From: an uncultured virus (IMG/VR IMGVR_UViG_2540341072_000002)
Taxonomy: Duplodnaviria > Heunggongvirae > Uroviricota > Caudoviricetes
Direction: 5' to 3' (one strand)
DNA length: 64,000 nt
IMG/VR virus record: IMGVR_UViG_2540341072_000002
The position numbers were made by a program, and so were the translations under genes. A model generated the notes under the pieces. It worked only from the letters and a program-made list of their open reading frames with translations. It was not told where the DNA came from and searched no databases. Numbering within the stretch: position 1 is the stretch's first letter; the number at the start of each line of letters is the position of its first letter. This document shows positions 51,382-61,881 of the stretch, one piece after another.

Positions 51382-52485
51382 ATGTCAGTTTTCACTAATA
51401 GCTACATTCCAGTCAATAAGTATACTAGACCAGGTTTGAAATTACAGGGTGTGAAAAAATGCGTCCTACACTATACAGCCAATCCGGGTGCAGGTGCAGA
51501 CAATCATCGAAGATACTTCAGTAATGCACAAGTTTATGCATCAGCTCACATTTTCGTAGATAAGGCTGAAGCAATTTGTATCATTCCATTAAATGAAGTA
51601 GCTTACCATGCAAATGATATTCAGCAAAGAGATAGTGCCGGAAATCCTTATCGAGGAGTTGCTGCGCTGAAACCTAACGCTAACTTTCTTTCTATTGGAG
51701 TTGAAATGTGCCTTGAAAAAGACGGTTCATTCCATTCAGATACAGTTGAAAGAACTGAGGATGTGTTCGTTGAATTATGTAATAAGTTTGGTTTAGATCC
51801 TATTGATGATATTGTTCGTCATTATGACATCACCCATAAGAATTGCCCTGCACCATGGGTATCTAACAGCCAAAAATTTGTAGACTTTAAAAATCGAGTA
51901 AAGGCAAAAATGTCAGGCAAATCTGTTTCAAAAGCTTCTCCAACTAAACCAACAACCTCCTCCCCTTCCTCTTCATCAGCAGTAAGTGGTTCACTAAAAT
52001 CAAAAGTTGACGGACTTCGCTTCTATTCAAAACCATCTTGGGAAGATAAAGATGTTGTCGGCACAGTAAATAAAGGCATCGGATTTCCTACAGTTGTAGA
52101 GAAAGTTAAAGTTGGATCTGCCTATCAATACAAAGTTAAGAACTCAAAAGGCACTACATATTACATCACTGCTTCTGACAAATATGTTGATGTTACAGGA
52201 TCAGTTAAAACCTCTTCCTCTGCCCCAAAAACAACATCAACTTCTTCAAGTTCCTCATCTATTAAATCCGTAGGAAAAATCAAAATTGTCGGTGTATCAA
52301 GCGCTGCAATCGTAATGGACAAGCCTGATCGAAATAGTTCTAAAAATATTGGCACAGTTAAGCTTGGAAGCACTATTTCAATTTCTGGTTCAGTTAAAGG
52401 TAAAAACAATTCCAATGGCTACTGGGAAGTTATTTATAAAGGTAAACGTGGATATATCTCGGGACAGTTTGGATCAACAATCTAA
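51382..52485 (+). CDS. blyA: Endolysin, N-acetylmuramoyl-L-alanine amidase, 367 aa
   Basis: Amidase_2 motifs VLHYT, SAH, AYHA, SIGVE, RHYD..KNCP; SH3-like cell wall binding tail. Confidence 0.95.
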   Translation: MSVFTNSYIPVNKYTRPGLKLQGVKKCVLHYTANPGAGADNHRRYFSNAQVYASAHIFVDKAEAICIIPLNEVAYHANDIQQRDSAGNPYRGVAALKPNANFLSIGVEMCLEKDGSFHSDTVERTEDVFVELCNKFGLDPIDDIVRHYDITHKNCPAPWVSNSQKFVDFKNRVKAKMSGKSVSKASPTKPTTSSPSSSSAVSGSLKSKVDGLRFYSKPSWEDKDVVGTVNKGIGFPTVVEKVKVGSAYQYKVKNSKGTTYYITASDKYVDVTGSVKTSSSAPKTTSTSSSSSSIKSVGKIKIVGVSSAAIVMDKPDRNSSKNIGTVKLGSTISISGSVKGKNNSNGYWEVIYKGKRGYISGQFGSTI

Positions 52486-52572
52486 TTATATTCAATTTTC
52501 TCGGAGGATGTTTATTGATCAATATGTTTCAGTAAATATCCTTTTCTATGGTACTAAGGTGGTGAACATTTT

Positions 52573-52785
52573 ATGGAAATGGATATAACACAATATTTAA
52601 GTACCCAGGGGCCATTTGCTGTTTTATTTTGTTGGCTACTTTTCTACGTAATGAAAACTAGTAAGGAAAGAGAGTCGAAACTTTATAATCAAATCGATTC
52701 TCAAAACGAAGTACTGGGTAAATTCAGTGAAAAGTACGATGTTGTAATTGAAAAGCTAGATAAAATCGAACAAAATTTTAAGTAG
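52573..52785 (+). CDS. bhlA: Holin-like protein BhlA
   Basis: QGPFAVLFCWLLFYVMK...RE motif. Confidence 0.95.
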   Translation: MEMDITQYLSTQGPFAVLFCWLLFYVMKTSKERESKLYNQIDSQNEVLGKFSEKYDVVIEKLDKIEQNFK

Positions 52786-52795
52786 GAGGAATTCA

Positions 52796-53062
52796 ATGTT
52801 TGAGAATATTGATAAAGGCACAATTGTTAGGACTCTTTTGCTCGCAATAGCTTTACTCAATCAAATAATGGTGATGCTGGGTAAAGCAGCATTCATCATT
52901 AACGAAGAGGACATAAATCATTTATATGATTGTTTATATACAATTTTCACTATCGTCTTCACAACCAGTACTACTACCGCAGCATGGTTCAAAAACAATT
53001 ACATAACTGCAAAAGGAAAAAAACAAAAACAAGTTCTAAAAAAAGAGAACTTGTTTAAATAG
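52796..53062 (+). CDS. bhlB: SPP1-family holin BhlB
   Basis: GTIVRT...NQ...AWFKNNYIT motif. Confidence 0.95.
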   Translation: MFENIDKGTIVRTLLLAIALLNQIMVMLGKAAFIINEEDINHLYDCLYTIFTIVFTTSTTTAAWFKNNYITAKGKKQKQVLKKENLFK

Positions 53063-53117
53063 CTTTTTTCGGATTACCTGTGTAACCCTCCCTCTTACAA
53101 GGCGGGTTACTTCTTAT

Positions 53118-53564
53118 TCAATTATATACATGTTGATTTTGTTTTAATTTCTTGCTTTTGATAATTAATTTCAGTCCTATACCAAATATCAATGCAAAAC
53201 ATACTGAACTCATTAAGGGTAATGTAATAAAGCCTAGATACTCTACTTCAATTTTTGCGCAGCTGTTGGTTCCAATTTCACATACGACACTTTTGCTTTG
53301 TGTAAGTTGGATAATATAATGATAAAACGCAATAATCAATCCAATTGATGAAAGGAAAACAACATAAAATATCGAATTAAGATCTTTTTTTAATAAGCCT
53401 ATTAGTAAGATAATAGGTATAGGATATAGAAATATTCTTTGATACCAACATAGAACACATGGTTTGAAATGCATGATCTCACTGTAGAATAAACTAGCCA
53501 TTGTGCCAAAGAAAGAGAGAAAAAACAGTAATAAAAAAAATGATTTTACATATCTTGTATTCAT
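53118..53564 (-). CDS. bdbB: Thiol-disulfide oxidoreductase BdbB (DsbB family)
   Basis: PCVLCWYQR motif, four TM helices. Confidence 0.95.
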
Positions 53565-54829
53565 ACTTCAATTCCTTTCAGGACGTGTTCAATATTGTGG
53601 AGTGAGTTGGCAAGATATTGTTTAATTTCTTTTTTCATATTATCATTTTTAATTTCCCCTGATATTTCTTTTACTCTTTCCCAATTTTCGAGTTGAATAT
53701 TAAGGCTTATTAAAATTCTTTTAAAGTGATCTTTTGTTGTATTTATAGCACTGTATCTCTCGTCTGTAAGAGCTTCATCAATCATATTGCTTAAAGAAGT
53801 AAGTTTATTTTGCATATCTACTAACAAAATTGCAGATCTAAAGTAATCAACATCAACACATCTTGGATATTCAGTTTCCAATATATCCAAATATAAAGTT
53901 AAGTCAACATAATTATTTCTCTGCAATAATAAAGTACATAATAGCACTAAAGCATCTATAAAATGTCTTTGATCATTAAATTTTTTATAGTTGTTTATTG
54001 ATTTTTTCAGATAATCAATTGCTTCTTCATCTTTATCAAGTAAATGTAGTTCTCTGCCGAAAAAGAATAACCATTTTGGGTTTTCGGGCTCCAATCTTAA
54101 CATTTCTTCTGTGAGATTTATATTCCTTCGTGTTTTTGATTTTATATTATTCTCTGAAGGATTATATCCATTATGGTAAACCTTAAGGTTCACAATGAAA
54201 TTAAAAGGTAGACTATGATTATAATTCATAGGTTCTTCATGCACTTTCCCATGAAATTTAACTTTACCATTGAGCCGAAACATTCTTCGTGTATCAGAAT
54301 ATAGATGTCCAGTATATTCTTCTATATATGGACTAACTACACAATCAATAGAAAAAAACTCTAAAACTCTAGCTACTTTAGCTATTTTCCCTTTGTTTTC
54401 TTTAGAGTATAAATTATCTGCATCAATAAAATAAATCCATTCGGAAGTAGCATACTCTATAATTTTATTTCTAGCATAGGAAAAATCATTCTTCCACTTT
54501 TCATATTTAATTTCAACATCAGGAAAATCACATTTAATAATATCAACGGTATCATCAGTGGAGTATGAATCTAGAACAATAATCTCGTTAAAATCATCTT
54601 TAACACTATTTAAACACTTTTTAATTCTCTTGCTTTCGTTATAAACTATAATACCGCATGTTATTGTAGGAGTATCTGATTTTTCATAACCTGCAACCAA
54701 AGATTGAATTGACATCACATCAATATCTTTTTCATATTCCATTATATTAACCAACAATGACAAATCTGAATACAATAAAGAATCGGCATAGCCTTTCTTT
54801 AATTCCAAATAAATATCACTCAGTTTCAT
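53561..54829 (-). CDS. sunS: Sublancin S-glycosyltransferase
   Basis: GT2 fold motifs DSYSTD, DAD, VHE. Confidence 0.95.
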
Positions 54830-55242
54830 TATCTATCACCATTTTTATCAAAGAACTTTTCTATTTGGCTTGCACTTCTATAGCCCTCTAACCGATCTTT
54901 TTCTTTGCCATCTTTGTAATAGAGAATCGTTGGAGTTTTATTCAAATTATATTTATCTAAAAATTCAGTGTTATAATTTTCCTTTTCTTCAATATTTAAA
55001 GCCTGTACTTTTAACTTTTCTTTTTTAATTACTTCATTTAACTCAGGTTTTATTTCTTGACAAGGAGGACAACTTGTCTCATAAACATAAATAAATTTAG
55101 GTTTTTTAGAGTCTACTTCTTTTTGATATTGAGTTAAATTTATATCATTATAAAAAGGTTTTTCGCTACCTGTAGAAACATAAACGAAAATACTAATGGC
55201 TGCTGCTATTAAAACAAGAAATAAAACAATCCACTTTTTCAT
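54829..55242 (-). CDS. bdbA: Thioredoxin-like oxidoreductase BdbA
   Basis: CPPC motif, N-terminal anchor. Confidence 0.95.
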   Translation of the reverse strand: MKKWIVLFLVLIAAAISIFVYVSTGSEKPFYNDINLTQYQKEVDSKKPKFIYVYETSCPPCQEIKPELNEVIKKEKLKVQALNIEEKENYNTEFLDKYNLNKTPTILYYKDGKEKDRLEGYRSASQIEKFFDKNGDR

Positions 55243-57356
55243 ATAGAATACTCCTTATTTTCCGAGTAGCTCGACTCTATAATCCTATTGTTTCTGAATA
55301 CTAATTTTTTATTGTATTTGAAGTTACTTGGGTCATTATGAGTTATAAGAATAATTAAACAATCCATCCTGTGTAAGGTTTCATAAATCAATTTTGTGTT
55401 ATCCGGATCAATGTTAGATAATGACTCATCTAAAATTAATACTTGTGGTTGATGTAAAATTGCTCTTGCTAATGCTAACCGTTGTTTTTGTCCTGTAGAT
55501 AGATTGGAACCGTTTTCAGACAATTTATAACTGTACTGCTTGTCCAAGTTACAAATGAATTCATGGCATTGGGACATTATACACGCGTTTTCAATTTCGT
55601 TCTGATCAAAAATCTCTCCCATGCAAAGATTCTCTTTAATGGTTCCCTTAAAAAGAAAAGGATTTTCGTCAATATATACAATCCTTTTTCTTATTGATAA
55701 ATGATCGTATCGATTAATATCTAATCCATTTAAATAAATTGACTTATCGGGTACTTTATACAATTTAGACAAACTTTTTGCAAACGTACTTTTTCCAGTA
55801 CCACTTTCTCCAATAATAAGGACTTTATCCTTTCTGTCTAATATTAAATTAATATCTTCAACTATATAACGCATTGGGTCTGCCCCAATATTAAGATTAA
55901 CTGTTTTGATATTCTGAATAAAATCAAGTTCAGTTAAATTCTCATTGCTATCTTGCTGAACTGGATAGTTTACTACGTCAAAAAATCTTATGGAAGCAAC
56001 ATGTGCCTGCTGAAGATCTGATTGCATACTCAATATACGATCTAGTGAACTTAGCAAAAAGGCTGCTAATGTGTTTATAAATAGCAGTGTACCCAAACTC
56101 ATTGAATCATTTAGAACTTGTCTTGTCCCAACCCATAGGATAATTATTGTAAAAGAGTTTTGAATTAATCCTTTTAGTATTTCATTGCTAATAACTGCCT
56201 TTGCTACACTAAAGGTTGAATTTAATTGTTTATCATATGTAAGATGAAATTTTTCTAAAAAAAACGAGGTTTTATTTAAAGAATAAACAGTTGTCATATT
56301 CTTCAGAAAATTAATTAAAAGAGAGGTAGATTTAGCCTTATCCTCCATCAGTTTTTGATTTTTCTTTTTAAGATGATCAAAAAACAAAATCGCTAGACAT
56401 GAAAGTAGCAAAATCGGGAGAATAATTGTTAAGAAAAGAATGTTATTTGTTCTATATAAAATAACTCCTAATCCCAGTATTAAAATTATATCAATTATTG
56501 CAGTAACAAAGTTAGCACTAAAAAAGTCTTTAATATATATACCATCATTGAATCGAGAAATTACCTCTCCATCTTCTCTGTTTTCAAAAAAATTAATAGG
56601 TAATTTTGTTACTTTATTAAAATAAACATTTGACATCTCTTTATCAACTTTGTAAGACAATTTTATTATCAAATATGATCTTACAAAATCGAAGATGCAC
56701 CTTATTAAGACCATACTTATGAATATTAAAGTGATTGTGATTAAAGATTCTCTTAAGCTTCTTGGGATAATTAGGTCAACTAGAAACTTTATATAAAACG
56801 ACCCAGCTACAGCAAGACCCACAACGAACAAGGAAGTCAATAAAATCACAAAAACGATCAATTTATTTCTAAAAAGTATGTCCTTAAAAAAGTAAGAATG
56901 TTTTTTTTGATCTTTTTCTTTTTCAGGAATTGACTCTTTGTCAATTTCTAATATAAAGTTTGTGAATTTACTTTCAAAATCCTCTTTTTTTATTTTAGTT
57001 ATTTTGTCTTTATCAGGATCACTAACAAGTAAATAGTTATTTCTAATTTCGTATATTGTTATGTAATGTCCATATTCCTCCCCTTCTAACAAAGCTATAC
57101 AAGGGAGCTTTATTTGTTTTAGGGCTTCGAATGTCTTATTTTCTTGCAATTCAAGTGGCCTAGTTTTTATCCCCATCTTCTTAAAAATAACAATTAAGTC
57201 TCTTAAACTATAGCCTTCCTTATCCCCAATTAGGTCTAGTAAGAAATCAATTCCATAGTTAAGGTTATGAAACTTTAAAATTGACGAGATACAAGCTAGT
57301 CCACAATCATGACTATTAAACTGTTTAGTATGAACATATTTCTTTTTCTTATTCAA
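55239..57356 (-). CDS. sunT: Peptidase-containing ABC exporter SunT, 705 aa
   Basis: C39 peptidase QFNSHDCG, TM domain, GESGTGKS and LSTGQ. Confidence 0.95.
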   Translation of the reverse strand: MNKKKKYVHTKQFNSHDCGLACISSILKFHNLNYGIDFLLDLIGDKEGYSLRDLIVIFKKMGIKTRPLELQENKTFEALKQIKLPCIALLEGEEYGHYITIYEIRNNYLLVSDPDKDKITKIKKEDFESKFTNFILEIDKESIPEKEKDQKKHSYFFKDILFRNKLIVFVILLTSLFVVGLAVAGSFYIKFLVDLIIPRSLRESLITITLIFISMVLIRCIFDFVRSYLIIKLSYKVDKEMSNVYFNKVTKLPINFFENREDGEVISRFNDGIYIKDFFSANFVTAIIDIILILGLGVILYRTNNILFLTIILPILLLSCLAILFFDHLKKKNQKLMEDKAKSTSLLINFLKNMTTVYSLNKTSFFLEKFHLTYDKQLNSTFSVAKAVISNEILKGLIQNSFTIIILWVGTRQVLNDSMSLGTLLFINTLAAFLLSSLDRILSMQSDLQQAHVASIRFFDVVNYPVQQDSNENLTELDFIQNIKTVNLNIGADPMRYIVEDINLILDRKDKVLIIGESGTGKSTFAKSLSKLYKVPDKSIYLNGLDINRYDHLSIRKRIVYIDENPFLFKGTIKENLCMGEIFDQNEIENACIMSQCHEFICNLDKQYSYKLSENGSNLSTGQKQRLALARAILHQPQVLILDESLSNIDPDNTKLIYETLHRMDCLIILITHNDPSNFKYNKKLVFRNNRIIESSYSENKEYSI

Positions 57357-57413
57357 TTTCAATCCCCGCTTTAAATATGAGGGAATATTTAAAATATTCC
57401 CTCTACAAATGTT

Positions 57414-57584
57414 TTATCTGCAGAATTGACGATAGTTTTGACAAGCAACAGCTCCGCCACCACAACCAATTGTACCGCCACTAGCACATTGTAGCCACAA
57501 CGCAGCACACTGAGCTTTTCCTAATCCACTACCTTTTTGGTTTTCGAGTTCCTCTAGTTTAACTTCTTTAAATAGCTTTTCCAT
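57414..57584 (-). CDS. sunA: Sublancin 168 precursor, 56 aa
   Basis: [19 protein letters not shown] leader, then [37 protein letters not shown]. Confidence 0.98.
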
Positions 57585-57840
57585 TTGTAAAACCTCCCCA
57601 TTTGTTTGCAATCCGGATTACATTTTTTAATATAAAGGAAGATAAATCTAAATTCAACCATATTTTTTATTTTTTTTTGAAAATTATAAGGAAACTTGTT
57701 CATAAATCATAGAAAAAAAACTTTATTACCTATCAATAAACAGAATTGGTTGTAATACACTAAATAAAATTGACTATTATGGATTTATTTTGAATTAATA
57801 ATGATAAAAATTTAGGTAAATTTTTAATAATTATAGATAC

Positions 57841-57876
57841 AAAAAAGTACCTTCTATTGTAAGAAGGTACTTTTTT
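57841..57876. terminator. Terminator after sunI
   Basis: AAAAAAGTACCTTCT-ATTGTA-AGAAGGTACTTTTTT. Confidence 0.8.
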
Positions 57877-57880
57877 ATGT

Positions 57881-58198
57881 TCAAACACTAACCCTTTTAT
57901 ACTTTTGAATAAATTGTTGAGCTCCATTTAAAAAAACTAGAAAACGCTTATTTGTAGTTTCAATAACAATTCTATCTGGTTGAGCATATGGCATACCAAT
58001 TTTATAATCGATATTATCTGCAACTCCATACTTGTCTGACTCTTTAATACTAACTATTTGATTAATTGGAATTTCTGTTTTAGATAAACCAAATTTTAAG
58101 ACTAAGCATTTTTCATCAAAACTATAACGTGTATTTAGGAAAACAGTAAAAATAAAGAAAAGTGCTAATAAAATGATTATCATAACTACATATTCCAT
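57881..58198 (-). CDS. sunI: Sublancin immunity protein, 105 aa
   Basis: N-terminal TM helix, PH-like domain, position upstream of sunA. Confidence 0.92.
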
Positions 58199-58299
58199 AT
58201 AATCACTCTTTCTTATGTTTTTATATAATTTTACCATGTTTTTTAAGTTTTTAAAACAAAAAAACTTTAAGCGATGTGTTATATAAGTTTAAATTTATC

Positions 58300-59550
58300 T
58301 TAACTCTTATGCCCACCTGTTAATCCAGCTCGTTGAAGTGCAGTTCCTGCTGGTGTATAAGAAACTGCTCTCAGAATCGCTTTAGAGCCGTATTTACTTC
58401 TAATCCCATCCATTACAAAACCGAGTTTCCTTCTCTTTTCATTATCCACTTCAAATAAACTCAGCTGCTGATTAACATCATCCTCAATATTCGATAACGT
58501 GACTGAGACACTTCTCACAGTCTTACCCGAGTAAAACTTATTAAAAAGCATCAAGCAGCATCTATAAATATCCATCGTGATACTTGTAGGAAGATCAATT
58601 GTTTTGGAACGATGAAAACCACCACCAAGCTCATCCTTACTGTACCCAATTCCCAGACTGATTGTTCGACCAACTTTATTATGTGTACGTGCCCTTCTTG
58701 CGACTTCTTCACAAATCTCCAGAAGAACCGCCTTAATCTCTTCACTCCTTGTGTAATCCCTCAGTAAAATCTGACTCTTACCGAAACTAATCTGACCTTG
58801 CATCAACGGAGCACCTATTTCTGATAAATCAATTCCGTGAGCATGGTAGTACAACTGGTTTCCCATTATTCCGAACTTCTTTTCAAGCAGCTCTAAAGGA
58901 AATTTGGCTAACTGACCTATAGTCGATATTCCCATCCGATTTAGGTTTCTTTCCATCCTCCCTCCTATCCCCCACATTTTAGACAAAGGGCGAACCTTCC
59001 AGAGTTTATTTGGTACATCTTCATATCTCCAACGTGCAATGCCACTCTTTGTTTTCTTACTCTCCAGGTCAAGTGCAAGCTTACTGAGTAGCATATTGTC
59101 TCCAATACCAACTGTGCACATCAAACCAAATTCTCTCCACATGCTGCTTTGGATTGCTTTGGCCATTTCTTCAGGATCTTCTTTTCCTGCATCTAAAAAA
59201 GATTCATCAATTGAATACGTATGGACACATTTCTCAGGAACAAATCTGTAAAACAGCTTTGTAATTTCAGTTGAAACTCTGATGAAAAGCTTCATTTGTG
59301 GATTTACAATGTGTATCCTTGGATCTTCAGGTATCTCAAATAGTCTCGATCCTGTTTTGATTCCAAAATCTTTTTTAAGTGCAGGAGATGCAGCTAATAC
59401 TACACTTCCCTGTCTCTCCGTATTCCCTACAACAGCAAGATAGCATGTTAAAGGGTTAAGCCCCATTGTTACAGCCGATACAGAAGCATAAAAGGATTTC
59501 ATATCGACACAAAGTATATTCTTACGTGGAAATTGTGAGTAATCAATCAT
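58300..59550 (-). CDS. uvrX: Y-family translesion DNA polymerase UvrX
   Basis: CVDMKSFYASV and YSIDE motifs. Confidence 0.95.
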   Translation of the reverse strand: MIDYSQFPRKNILCVDMKSFYASVSAVTMGLNPLTCYLAVVGNTERQGSVVLAASPALKKDFGIKTGSRLFEIPEDPRIHIVNPQMKLFIRVSTEITKLFYRFVPEKCVHTYSIDESFLDAGKEDPEEMAKAIQSSMWREFGLMCTVGIGDNMLLSKLALDLESKKTKSGIARWRYEDVPNKLWKVRPLSKMWGIGGRMERNLNRMGISTIGQLAKFPLELLEKKFGIMGNQLYYHAHGIDLSEIGAPLMQGQISFGKSQILLRDYTRSEEIKAVLLEICEEVARRARTHNKVGRTISLGIGYSKDELGGGFHRSKTIDLPTSITMDIYRCCLMLFNKFYSGKTVRSVSVTLSNIEDDVNQQLSLFEVDNEKRRKLGFVMDGIRSKYGSKAILRAVSYTPAGTALQRAGLTGGHKS

Positions 59551-59875
59551 TGTATGTAACTCCTATGATGTTATTCATGTTGATATAAACTGTATTGTCA
59601 TTCTGGTCTTTTACGTGAAGCTTTTGTTGTTCAAAATTTATGTAATGGACTCTGCCGGTGACATTTTCAACGAATCCATTGTGAAAAAGTTTAAATTGCA
59701 ACTCTTTGTTAAATTCAAGTGCCTCAGAGACGAGAATATCCATCTCTTCAATTTGTTGATCATCTAAGGATGGCTTTTCAATTTTTGATACATCAATCAA
59801 ATCTTGTTTAAGCTGTGTCAAATGTTCTGGAAGCATCATTGATGTCCATTTGATTGTTCCTCGATCTCTAAGCAT
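59543..59875 (-). CDS. yolD: YolD-family accessory protein, 110 aa
   Basis: MLRDRGTIKWTSMMLPEH motif. Confidence 0.92.
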   Translation of the reverse strand: MLRDRGTIKWTSMMLPEHLTQLKQDLIDVSKIEKPSLDDQQIEEMDILVSEALEFNKELQFKLFHNGFVENVTGRVHYINFEQQKLHVKDQNDNTVYINMNNIIGVTYND

Positions 59876-59908
59876 ATCGCCCCACTCCTTTATTGATCTA
59901 ATATTAAC

Positions 59909-59952
59909 AGAACAAACGTTCTTCATTCAAGATAAACCAGAACAAAAGTTCG
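59909..59952. promoter_or_regulatory. Two LexA (DinR) SOS boxes between yolD and yolC
   Basis: AGAAC-AAAC-GTTCT (59909-59922) and AGAAC-AAAA-GTTCG (59939-59952) match GAAC-N4-GTTC. Confidence 0.85.
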
Positions 59953-60048
59953 ATGTAAATGTTGGTAATAAAATATAAAGGTCAATGATGATTTGCGTAG
60001 TATTAATAAAGGAGGGATTCTTTTCCATGAAGGAGAGTGTAATGGTTA

Positions 60049-60384
60049 ATGAAGAAGAGGCTAATCGGATTTTTGGTCTTAGTTCCTGCTTTGATTATGT
60101 CAGGTATTACTTTAATCGAAGCAAATAAAAAGTCCCCTTTGGAAGTAATTGATAATATTCGGGATGAATTTGGTATATTCAGTGTGCAAATTGGTCAAAC
60201 AGATCCGGCAATTACAATTGGCATGGATCAAACCAAAAGTGAAGCAAAGCTCCGTGAGTATTTAAAAGATAATCTGTCTAGAGAAGCAAAGGAAAAATAT
60301 AAGATCTATATATTAAAAGATGATATTAATAAATTGGAGAAAGAACATCGAGAGTATTTGAAAGCAAATAACCCCAATAAGTAA
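60049..60384 (+). CDS. yolC: Exported or membrane-anchored protein, 111 aa
   Basis: Signal-like N-terminus, synteny. Confidence 0.8.
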   Translation: MKKRLIGFLVLVPALIMSGITLIEANKKSPLEVIDNIRDEFGIFSVQIGQTDPAITIGMDQTKSEAKLREYLKDNLSREAKEKYKIYILKDDINKLEKEHREYLKANNPNK

Positions 60385-60415
60385 AATGCCCAGCTCTTTA
60401 TTTAAGCTGGGCATT
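60385..60415. terminator. Bidirectional terminator between yolC and yolB
   Basis: AATGCCCAGCT-CTTTATTTA-AGCTGGGCATT. Confidence 0.75.
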
Positions 60416-60426
60416 GTTTTCATTAT

Positions 60427-60792
60427 TTAAATAGAATTTCTATAAGCATTAATTGCTTCATTTCGTAATAGCATATTATCTTTATTAACCATGCCTAAGT
60501 TATAAGCTTTTTTGATAACATCTAATACCTGCGAATCCATTGTAGAAAGGTTTCCGCCTGCAGTAAATCTCAATTTCCAGTCTTCTAAAGACTTATTCAA
60601 ATCAAGCGTGCTTTTTTTATTCTCGGGTTTAACGATCGCATTTTTCTCAAGTTTTTCGCAAAACTCGTTAAAACCTATTGAAGATTGCTGAGTATTGTTC
60701 TGTCCATACCCTTCTGTTGCTAAGCTACAAAAAGCTAAGAATTTTGGATCTTTAGTTACATCATAATTAGAAGTACTAATCACCTGGTTCAC
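60427..60792 (-). CDS. yolB: Hypothetical protein, about 118-121 aa
   Basis: GTGA overlap with yolA; start could be 60783. Confidence 0.75.
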
Positions 60793-61256
60793 TCTCTTTC
60801 AAAATCAATTTTTTGACTGTAAACAAAAGTGGTGCCTGAGCTCAATGCTTTAATCTGTATAGAGTTATCTTGAAGTGCGTCCATGGGAATCTCAAAATAT
60901 TTATCCCAGCCTATTACCACCTTATTTTGACCAAGGATAGCATCAGATTTAAACATTTTAGCTGTACCGTTATACAACAGATTCTTACCGTCTTTGCCTG
61001 TGATAACTGTTAACTTGGTATAACCCATAAAACGAGCTTTCACATATAGTTTATTCCCCTTCAAAACGTTTGGCGCCTTGGTTTGACTAGAAGTGAGGTT
61101 ATCCCAAGCAAAATCGTTTCCGTCTGATGTAATCCCTGTAATTTGTAGATAGTAGAGTGGTAATGCTTCTGCCGCTTTTGCTTTTGATGAATCAGTGAAA
61201 GCGAAAGCAACAACTGCTAGAAGAGCAAGCAGTGAATATGTAATTCTCTTCTTCAT
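60789..61256 (-). CDS. yolA: Secreted protein, 155 aa
   Basis: Sec signal peptide ending AKA; AAGGAGG RBS. Confidence 0.85.
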
Positions 61257-61486
61257 TTCCTAAATCCTCCTTGGTACAAGTTTACATGTTAAATATCGTC
61301 ATTTGAAGGGAATTGTTTAATATTTGAAATAAAAAAAGAACCTGCATTAAGCAAGTTCTTTTCATATTGTCAATTTATTGTGAATTTTTAACGACAAGGA
61401 CATTTATGTATAGTATAATATTTCCTGTACATAAAGTTTGCTCACTCAAGGGAGTCTTGCTCATCCCCTATGAAAGGGGTGGGAAA

Positions 61487-61603
61487 ATGACTGTTTACGA
61501 ATCATTAATGATAATGATCAATTTTGGCGGATTGATATTAAATACCGTCTTGTTGATCTTCAATATAATGATGATTGTAACGTCAAGCCAAAAGAAAAAA
61601 TAG
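61487..61603 (+). CDS. bsrG: Type I toxin BsrG, 38 aa
   Basis: MTVYESLMIMINFGGLILNTVLLIFNIMMIVTSSQKKK; RBS held in a CCCCT/AGGGG stem; terminator at 61693-61722. Confidence 0.93.
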   Translation: MTVYESLMIMINFGGLILNTVLLIFNIMMIVTSSQKKK

Positions 61604-61777
61604 ACCTTCCCTTGAGTTTGGACACCTGAAGGGTTAGGCCTACGCAGATTTGACAACGAGCAAGCCCTTTGATGGGCAGCTTTTGTACAGAGCCAGGGTG
61701 CTACCAACACCCTGGTCTTTTTATTTTATGCATTTAATTAAACAAAATGCAAAAAATAATTATATAATTGTATCATT
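61597..61777 (-). ncRNA. Antitoxin RNA SR4 (ends approximate)
   Basis: Minus strand TTGCAA (61813-61808) and TATAAT (61789-61784); overlaps the bsrG 3' UTR; known locus. Confidence 0.75.
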
Positions 61778-61881
61778 ACCCTAATTATAACCATATAAAA
61801 ATGGTATTTGCAATACTATTGCTTGGTGAATAAAACCATTATTTTATTGGAACCCAGTACTTTATCGATGCACAAGTGATA

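Noticed and set aside
61367..61486. 78-aa N-terminally extended bsrG ORF
   Set aside because: The extension starts upstream of the promoter (-10 TATAAT at 61414-61419); the real start is the ATG at 61487.
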